From NCBI GenBank assembly GCA_003551435.1, contig PUMQ01000006.1, positions 1 to 51,208 of the forward strand: a DNA stretch of 51,208 bases. Direction: 5' to 3'. Source of the DNA: Candidatus Nealsonbacteria bacterium. Its GTDB lineage: Bacteria > Patescibacteriota > Minisyncoccia > Minisyncoccales > PWPS01. The notes beneath the pieces were generated by a model. That model was not told where the DNA came from. It saw only the letters and a program-made list of their open reading frames with translations, and did not search any database. This document shows, in pieces, positions 44,792-51,208 of this stretch. How positions within the stretch are numbered: the stretch's first letter is position 1; each line of letters begins with the position of its first letter. The translations under genes and the position numbers were made by a program.

Positions 44792-47700
44792 TTAGTCAAC
44801 AATGTAGAGAACAGTGTAAGCGTAATATAAGGAAAGGACAAGGGCGGCAAGCCCCAAAATGGCAAGCCCTACTGCCAAATAACGCACCGTCTTTTTCCTT
44901 TCCTGGTGATATCTTTTCTCTCTCTTTTTTACCTCTTCGGGAAGGAAGTTAAATCCGGAATCAATGGGGTCTTTTTCCATTGCTCTTAGGGCGAGTCCTA
45001 TTGCGTTGGTATAAATGAGAGCTTCTTTTTTGTCCAAGGCTTCCGGAGCTTTTATCTTCTTTAACGGATCACCAATCTCTATTCTTTCTCCCAGCTTATC
45101 TTTAAAGTAGTCCAAAATACCGGGCATTAAAGACGAACCTCCGGCAAGAGTTATACTGCCCACTTCGCTCCCAAACTCTCGCGTATAATAATTTTCAGCA
45201 TCTTTTATTTCCTTTGTTATTTTTTCCAGCGACTCAAGAAGCGGCTTCCTTACTTCTCCTCGTAACCCGCTTAGTTTTTTCTTTTCCTCTGCTTCCTCTT
45301 TTTTAATACCCATTGTTTTGGCAATTTTCTCCGTGAAGTAAGCTCCGCCGAAAGGAATGCTCACGGAAAGCAAAAGTACTTTGTTGTAGAAAACACTAAG
45401 AATGGTAGTGCGGGCGCCAATATCCACAATCATCTCACTTTTATTTTCTCCTTTTTCTTCCACCCTTGCTTCATCTTTTTCTTTCTTTTTTTTCTTTTTC
45501 TTGGGGCTTTCTTTCCTGCCCTCGGAAAGAAGAGCTCTTCCGAGCGAGGCTCCTTCTAAATCCAAAACAATGGGATCAACGTCCAAAGAAGAGAGAAACT
45601 CAACGTACTCTTCTACTGCCTTTTTTTGCACAGCGACACACAGCACCCCTTTTTCTTTTTCTCCCGGAAGAAGAATAGTGTGGTAGTTGAAATACAACTC
45701 TTCCATAGGAGCGGGGATATTAGTTTGTATTTTTTCCGTCACTTTCTTTTTAATATCCTCGTCCTCTTTAATTTTAAACTGTTGGATAAATACTTTTGAT
45801 TCGGGCAAGCTCACTATTCCCTTTATTCTCGCTCCTTTTTCGCTTTCCAAGGGCTTGGGTTTTGTCTTCTTAAAGGCCTCCGTAAGAACGTTTTTTAACT
45901 TTTCTTTTTCTCTTATTTTCCCATGGTAAACAACTCCCTCTTCAAGAACTACGCGTCCGAAAGAATTTACCGCTCCTTTCTTTCCAAACGAAAAGAGCTC
46001 AACCGAATAGTCACTTATGTCCATCGCCGTCAGCAAAGGATCTTTAAGGAAGAAATCCTTGCTTGGCTTAAGAGAAAACGGCTTTTTGGGAGCTTTTTGC
46101 GGAGCTTTTTTCTTTTTTTCTTCCAAAGGTTCCTCTTTCTCTTTTTCCTTTTCCACAAAAGACTTCTCTTCTCTTTCCAGGGGAGGTTTTTTATAGAGCG
46201 ACTGGTAGGTATAAACCTCGTCTTTCTTTCTCCTTTTTGCCGGGCCCCATTTTTCTATCCTTTCTATTTTGCTCCTCAGGCCCTTCTCCCTGTCTGTTAG
46301 CTCGTTATACTTTTTGTTTACCTCTTCAACTTCTTTTTCCACCTCGCTAAATCTTTTCTCCCACTTTTCCTCGGTTTCTTCTTTTATGAGCCGCCTTAAC
46401 TCCTCCTCCATTTCCTTTTTTCTTCTCTTTATTTCTTCTTTCTCCTCGTCGTTTGACGCCGTCTTTTCTTTTTCTTCAAGTTTTTTCTTTTCTTCCTCAA
46501 TGGCTTCTTCCTTCTTTTTGATTTTTTCAAGATGTTTTTCCTTTTCTTCTTCCGCTTTTCTTTGCGCTTCTTCTCGTACTTTCGCCAGTCTTTCTCTCTC
46601 TGCCACAATCCTTTCTATTTCCTTGGAAAGCTCTTCTTTGGACGGCTCACTCGCTCTCTCCCTTATTATTTCTCGTACCACCGTCTGCGGAGCGGGTTGT
46701 GCTGTTTCTTTCCTTTCCTCTGTTTCCACAATATTTTCTCCAAGCTTTTTTTCAAATTTCATTCTTTCTTCTTCAAGCTCTTCAAACTGTTCCCTGAGCC
46801 GCGCTACCTCCTGCAAGTTGCCTTCATCTTCTTCTTCCTTTATTCTTTTCTCCATCTCCCTCCTTTTTTCCAAGGCATCTTGTATTTTTTCTTCCACTTC
46901 TTTTCTTTCTTTATAGATGTCCTTTGTGTCGGTAGCCGGAACTTCTTCTTCCCCTCCCCTTCCTTCCTTTTCGTTTATTTTTCCAAGATACTCGGCAGCT
47001 CTCTCATTTAGAGGCCTTCCTTTCACCGCTCCGAAAAAAGACTTTTCATCATCCGGTTTGTAGCCATCTCTTATTCTTTCAAAACGCGCTCTCGCTTCTC
47101 CGTAATTTCCGGCAAAAAAACTATTTTCCGCCCTTTTAAAAAGGGCTTCCGCTTCACTGTGCTCAAGCTTTATTTCTTTTTCCTCTTCTTTTTTAGTATC
47201 ATAGGGCGCCCTGTAGTGTTCTTCTTTGGGAGCTTCTCTTACTTCCTCTCTTCTTTCGCGAGGCGCCTCCACCTCTCTTAATCTTTCTTTTTCTTTTCTT
47301 ATGCTTTGGCGGACTGATCCGAGCCGGTCTCTTTCATCGTCATACCTTTCTTCTGACATTCTCTCTCTTTTTTTTGCTTCTCCCTGTTCCTCCAATTCTT
47401 TTTCTTTTTGTGCCAGCTTTTCGTACTCTTTCTTTACCCTTTCTTTTATAATGTCAATTTGCTTTTTTTCCTCGGCAAGTTTCTCTTCAACCGCTTTCTC
47501 CACGCTTTCGTCGCTTACCTTCTCCCTCCCGGCCACTTTTGCTTCCATCTCTTTTTCCTTTCTGGCTACCTCTTCTTTTAGAGAGGAGATTTCTTCTTTG
47601 TTGCTTTTTATAATACTAAGGAGGTCGTCCATCTTCTTTTTTAGCTCCTCATCTTCCCTTCCGTCTTTTTTCTCCTCTTTTACCTCCTCTTTTTTCACTT

Positions 47701-48325
47701 CTTCTTGTCTATCTTCTCTGGTCTGTTTGTCCTCCGAAGCCTTCATAAAGGAAGAGTCCTGTCGAAGGGTTTTTCCTCTCTTTTTTTCGATTGCAATTTC
47801 TTTTTTTAGAGCAGGAATTCTTTGCTTTGCTTTTTTGACGTAAACATCAATCTTTTTTATTCTTACTCCGTTCCTTTTTCTCCTCTGCCTTATCTTCTCG
47901 GTTATTATTTTTTCCAAGCTTCTCTTTTTTTTCTCCAGGCTTCTTATTTCATCCTCCACTTCCCACTTCTTGTTCTCTACTTGTCTTCTTTCTTCTTCGG
48001 CTCTCCATCTCTTTTTTTCTATCTCCCTCTTTCTCGCAGGTTCTTTTTCCTTTCTTTCTTCTTCTTCTATTTTTTTCTTTTGCGCTTTTATGCGCGAATC
48101 CTTCTCTTCAAAAAAAGCCACTCTTTTTCTGAGAGCTTTCCCTTTTTTTAGAATAAGAGATCTTTTTTTCTTAAGTTCGTTTTCCCTGCTTGAGAGTTTC
48201 TTCAGGTTTTTTTCTCTCAGCTTCTTTTCTTCAATCGCTTTTTGCAACCCCCTCCTTAATCCTTGCAACTTTTCTTGCAATTCTCTTGTGTCAGTTGAGT
48301 TATTTTGTTTTTTAAATCCCTCCAT
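44792..48325 (-). CDS. pilM: Giant coiled-coil/PilM fusion with PilN-like motif and C-terminal TM
   Basis: Actin-like motifs MDISDYS, IVDIGARTT, IPFGG, LAGGSS, AIGLALR from about aa 760; FNFLP plus TM at the end. Confidence 0.85.
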   Translation of the reverse strand: MEGFKKQNNSTDTRELQEKLQGLRRGLQKAIEEKKLREKNLKKLSSRENELKKKRSLILKKGKALRKRVAFFEEKDSRIKAQKKKIEEEERKEKEPARKREIEKKRWRAEEERRQVENKKWEVEDEIRSLEKKKRSLEKIITEKIRQRRKRNGVRIKKIDVYVKKAKQRIPALKKEIAIEKKRGKTLRQDSSFMKASEDKQTREDRQEEVKKEEVKEEKKDGREDEELKKKMDDLLSIIKSNKEEISSLKEEVARKEKEMEAKVAGREKVSDESVEKAVEEKLAEEKKQIDIIKERVKKEYEKLAQKEKELEEQGEAKKRERMSEERYDDERDRLGSVRQSIRKEKERLREVEAPRERREEVREAPKEEHYRAPYDTKKEEEKEIKLEHSEAEALFKRAENSFFAGNYGEARARFERIRDGYKPDDEKSFFGAVKGRPLNERAAEYLGKINEKEGRGGEEEVPATDTKDIYKERKEVEEKIQDALEKRREMEKRIKEEEDEGNLQEVARLREQFEELEEERMKFEKKLGENIVETEERKETAQPAPQTVVREIIRERASEPSKEELSKEIERIVAERERLAKVREEAQRKAEEEKEKHLEKIKKKEEAIEEEKKKLEEKEKTASNDEEKEEIKRRKKEMEEELRRLIKEETEEKWEKRFSEVEKEVEEVNKKYNELTDREKGLRSKIERIEKWGPAKRRKKDEVYTYQSLYKKPPLEREEKSFVEKEKEKEEPLEEKKKKAPQKAPKKPFSLKPSKDFFLKDPLLTAMDISDYSVELFSFGKKGAVNSFGRVVLEEGVVYHGKIREKEKLKNVLTEAFKKTKPKPLESEKGARIKGIVSLPESKVFIQQFKIKEDEDIKKKVTEKIQTNIPAPMEELYFNYHTILLPGEKEKGVLCVAVQKKAVEEYVEFLSSLDVDPIVLDLEGASLGRALLSEGRKESPKKKKKKKEKDEARVEEKGENKSEMIVDIGARTTILSVFYNKVLLLSVSIPFGGAYFTEKIAKTMGIKKEEAEEKKKLSGLRGEVRKPLLESLEKITKEIKDAENYYTREFGSEVGSITLAGGSSLMPGILDYFKDKLGERIEIGDPLKKIKAPEALDKKEALIYTNAIGLALRAMEKDPIDSGFNFLPEEVKKREKRYHQERKKTVRYLAVGLAILGLAALVLSLYYAYTVLYIVD

Positions 48326-48352
48326 TTTTAAGTGGTATAAGGTTAGTGAACG

Positions 48353-49399
48353 TTAAATTCCGGTTGTGATCTGATACACCGGCAAAACTATAGCGCTGGC
48401 AATAAAGGCGACAACAAGTCCGATAAAGATAAGTAAAATCGGCTCTATCACAGTAGGAAGTCTTCTTGTTTTTTCGGTTACTCTGCCCCCGAAAAAGTTG
48501 GCTAAATAAGAAAGGGCTTCGCTGTATGACCCGGAAGACTCTCCTGTGGTAACCACGCTTATAAACACCTCCGGGTAAAGTTGCGGGTGGGAGTTAAGCG
48601 CTTGGGAAAGGCTTGTCCCTTTTTCCACTTTCTCAATCACCGCCCCGAGAGATTTGGCATACTGGCTGTTTGTCACTGATTCGGAAACAATTGCTAGCGT
48701 TTGTCTTAAAGGAAGCCCGCTTTTAAAAAGGATGGCCATAAGTTGAGAGATGATGGTCAGCTGGTACTCTCGGTTCAAACTCCCGAAAACAGGAAGTTTG
48801 AGCATTATCCTGTCAATTACTCTTTTAACGGCCGTTACTTTTAAAAGAAGGAAGAAAAGAATGAGAAAAGCAAACAACCCGCCGAAAAAATAGAGGCCGT
48901 AGTTTTGCATCAAGTTGGAAAACCAGAGGAGAATTAAAGTTGTAATGGGAAGTTCTACATCAAGCCCTTCAAAAACCGTGGTTAGTTGTGGAAGAACAAA
49001 AACGGAAAGCCCTCCCCCGAGTATAGCGGCGAAAATAACGATTATCTTAGGATAAAGAGTGGCCGAACTCATCTCTTTTTTCAAAGTATTTTGCCTTTCA
49101 ATCCAGTCGCCAAGAAACTCAAGGTTCTCGTCAAGCGTTCCGCTCTCCTCTCCGGCGCGAATAAAGCTTATAAAAACGTTGTCAAAGTTCTTGTCTTCCT
49201 CAAACACTTGGTGGATAGGCGTTCCTTGTTCCGTTCTTTCTCTTGCTTTAATAAGCACTTTTTTAAGAGACGGATTCCGTGCCTGCTCGGCAAGAAGATT
49301 GAAGGACTCATTTATCGGATGCCCGCTTCTGATAAGAAGGGAGAGGTTCCTTACAAAGTCAACCTTCTGCTGGATTGGTATCTGTTCTAAAATAGCCAT
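48353..49399 (-). CDS. pilC: Type IV pilus platform protein PilC (GspF family)
   Basis: FVRNLSLLIRSG, AGEESGTL, LYP, TGESSG, IEP, LPVY. Confidence 0.95.
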   Translation of the reverse strand: MAILEQIPIQQKVDFVRNLSLLIRSGHPINESFNLLAEQARNPSLKKVLIKARERTEQGTPIHQVFEEDKNFDNVFISFIRAGEESGTLDENLEFLGDWIERQNTLKKEMSSATLYPKIIVIFAAILGGGLSVFVLPQLTTVFEGLDVELPITTLILLWFSNLMQNYGLYFFGGLFAFLILFFLLLKVTAVKRVIDRIMLKLPVFGSLNREYQLTIISQLMAILFKSGLPLRQTLAIVSESVTNSQYAKSLGAVIEKVEKGTSLSQALNSHPQLYPEVFISVVTTGESSGSYSEALSYLANFFGGRVTEKTRRLPTVIEPILLIFIGLVVAFIASAIVLPVYQITTGI

Positions 49400-49411
49400 A
49401 ATATCACAAAA

Positions 49412-49789
49412 CTAACTAACGATTTCTTTTATTCTTTCTAGAAAATCAGAAAAATTGGTTTCCGACTTAATAAAGTAGTCCTTGGCTCCCAGCCTTCTCC
49501 CTTCTTCTATGTCTATATCTTGCTTAAGGTTAGAAAGAATAATAACCGGCACTTCCACAATCATTCCGCTTTCGTTCATCTCTTCTAAAATATCAAATCC
49601 GCTCCTCATGGGAAGCAAAATGTCCAAAATAACAAGATCCGGGTTTTCGTTGACTATCTTGTTCATTCCCTCTACCCCGCTTGTCGCTTCAATAAAGTTA
49701 AAGCCCTCTCTTTCCAGCTTGTCCCGGTAAAGATTTCTCAAGAAAGAGTCATCTTCAATCATTAAAATTGTTTTTTTCCTTTCATCCAT
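49412..49789 (-). CDS. Single-domain response regulator
   Basis: IEDD, LD.LLP phosphoacceptor Asp, ILS, K; no output domain. Confidence 0.95.
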   Translation of the reverse strand: MDERKKTILMIEDDSFLRNLYRDKLEREGFNFIEATSGVEGMNKIVNENPDLVILDILLPMRSGFDILEEMNESGMIVEVPVIILSNLKQDIDIEEGRRLGAKDYFIKSETNFSDFLERIKEIVS

Positions 49790-49794
49790 GTTTT

Positions 49795-50523
49795 TTAACT
49801 TTCAATATTTTCTTTTTTCAAAGGAAGAGTAAAGTAAAAAGTTGCTCCCCCTTCTTTGTTATTTTCCACCCACGTTTTCCCTCCGCAGTCCTCTATAATC
49901 ACCTTGCTTATATAAAGCCCTAATCCGAGACTGTTTGGATCTATCTCTATCGCTCTTTTTGTCCGGTAAAACTTTTCAAATATTTTTTCTTTTTCTTTCT
50001 CGGGAACTCCCGTCCCGCTGTCTTTGATAGAGACAATCGCTTCATTCTCCTTCTTTTCAATCTTTACTTCCACTTTTCCCTCCCCTTCCTTTTTATATTT
50101 TATAGCATTAACAAGAAAAGCGTCTATCACATTCTGTATCTTATCCGGGTCGGTAACAACAGAAAGGGACCTTTCTCCGGTGGCAAGAGATATTTTGGCA
50201 TTTGACGCCCGAGCTAAGAAAACGCTTTTTCCCACCGCTTCATCTGCCGCCAGTACAATATCTACCGGCTCTTTTTTTATCTCGTACCTTCCCTCTTCTA
50301 TTTCCACCACGCAAATAAGGTTGGTTACGATGTGGTTTACTTCTTCCGCACTCTCCAGGCAAATTTTCAAGTACTTTTTCTGCTTCTCGCTGAGTTCTCC
50401 CAAGTCTCCGGAAAAAAGGGCGTCAAGGTACCCCCTCAGGATATAGACAGGATTCCTCATGTGATGGACAACCGCCGAAAAAGAATCAACTCCTTTTTTT
50501 TCTTTGTTTTTATTATCACTCAT
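49795..50523 (-). CDS. Sensor-less cytoplasmic histidine kinase
   Basis: H box HHMRNP at about aa 19, NAIKY, DSGTG, FEKFYR, GLGL. Confidence 0.92.
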   Translation of the reverse strand: MSDNKNKEKKGVDSFSAVVHHMRNPVYILRGYLDALFSGDLGELSEKQKKYLKICLESAEEVNHIVTNLICVVEIEEGRYEIKKEPVDIVLAADEAVGKSVFLARASNAKISLATGERSLSVVTDPDKIQNVIDAFLVNAIKYKKEGEGKVEVKIEKKENEAIVSIKDSGTGVPEKEKEKIFEKFYRTKRAIEIDPNSLGLGLYISKVIIEDCGGKTWVENNKEGGATFYFTLPLKKENIES

Positions 50524-51208
50524 GTTTTTGCCGTCTTTCTTACTTCGGAAATAGTGGTTATTCCAAGAAGCGCCTTCTGAATACCGTCATAAACCATGGG
50601 GGTCATCCCTTCTTCTACCGCCTTTTTCCTTAAAACGTCAGAAGAACTCTTTTCGTTTATAAGTTCCCTTAGTTTTTCTGTCACTTCCAAAACCTCAAAA
50701 ACAGATGTTCTTCCTTCATATCCCGTGTCTTCGCAAAGATCACACCCCCGCCCGCGGAAAAAACGGACCTGCCTTATGTCTTCCTTGCCGGATATCACTT
50801 TTACCATTTCCGTAAAGTGCTTGTCCTCGGAGATTTCAGCTGCTTCTTCTTCACTTAAAAAGTAGCTCTCTCTGCACGACTCGCATATTTTGTGAACCAG
50901 CCTTTGGGCGATAGAGACATTTACCGCCGAAGCAATAAGAAACGGCTCTACCCCCATTTCCAAAAGGCGGGGGAAAGCGGTAGCCGCATCATTGGCATGC
51001 ATAGTAGAGAGAACCAAATGCCCTGTCATGGCAGCATCCACCGCCATATCCACCGTCTCGCTGTCCCGAATCTCACCTACCATAATAATGTCCGGGTCTT
51101 GCCTTACAATAGAGCGCAGTCCAGTAGCGAAAGTGAGTTCTTTTTTCGGATTTACCTGCGCTTGCTGTACTCCGTCCACATTGTACTCCACCGGATCTTC
51201 AATAGTCA
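50520..51208 (-). CDS. pilB: Type IV pilus assembly ATPase PilB/GspE, C-terminal fragment
   Basis: [34 protein letters not shown], CxxC pairs, GYEGR. Confidence 0.96.
   Translation of the reverse strand, partial: TIEDPVEYNVDGVQQAQVNPKKELTFATGLRSIVRQDPDIIMVGEIRDSETVDMAVDAAMTGHLVLSTMHANDAATAFPRLLEMGVEPFLIASAVNVSIAQRLVHKICESCRESYFLSEEEAAEISEDKHFTEMVKVISGKEDIRQVRFFRGRGCDLCEDTGYEGRTSVFEVLEVTEKLRELINEKSSSDVLRKKAVEEGMTPMVYDGIQKALLGITTISEVRKTAKT

Noticed and set aside
109-50865. Many plus-strand F/S/L-rich ORFs in the track
   Set aside because: They are antisense shadows of K/E-rich minus-strand genes and carry no motifs.

Overview
Core-chromosome segment of a Patescibacteria (CPR, Parcubacteria-like) genome using genetic code 11. 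Almost everything is on the minus strand. In transcription order it holds: a type IV pilus cluster (pilB fragment, sensor-less histidine kinase, single-domain response regulator, pilC, giant coiled-coil/PilM/PilN-anchor fusion, two pilins, Wzy_C+TPR transferase); tatD; a leuS-OFOR-GlmU-like-sugar kinase-glyA-folD-PAP2 run; a self-contained module with an attenuator-like leader and two paralogous helical micro-proteins; a tRNA-Leu-iscS-iscU-mnmA-DUF1858-thiI thiolation operon; a small zinc-ribbon gene missing from the ORF track; ComEC-type MBL, MgtC, LOG and an enlarged adenylate kinase; a compact 6S-like RNA; ybaB; a TraD/VirD4-like ATPase followed by charged helical proteins; a plus-strand rpmB-tRNA-Pro-CNNM unit; an M50 protease; and the str-S10-spc ribosomal cluster up to the start of secY (L30 absent, L2 N-terminally shortened). 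No CRISPR, prophage, transposase or rRNA was seen. The most unusual signals are non-coding: the attenuator-like leader at 30.8-31.1 kb, dispersed stop-codon-rich heptamer arrays, structured leaders before tuf and rplC, and shared non-Shine-Dalgarno initiation motifs. Family calls come from manual motif recognition and base-pairing by eye; no searches or folding programs were run.
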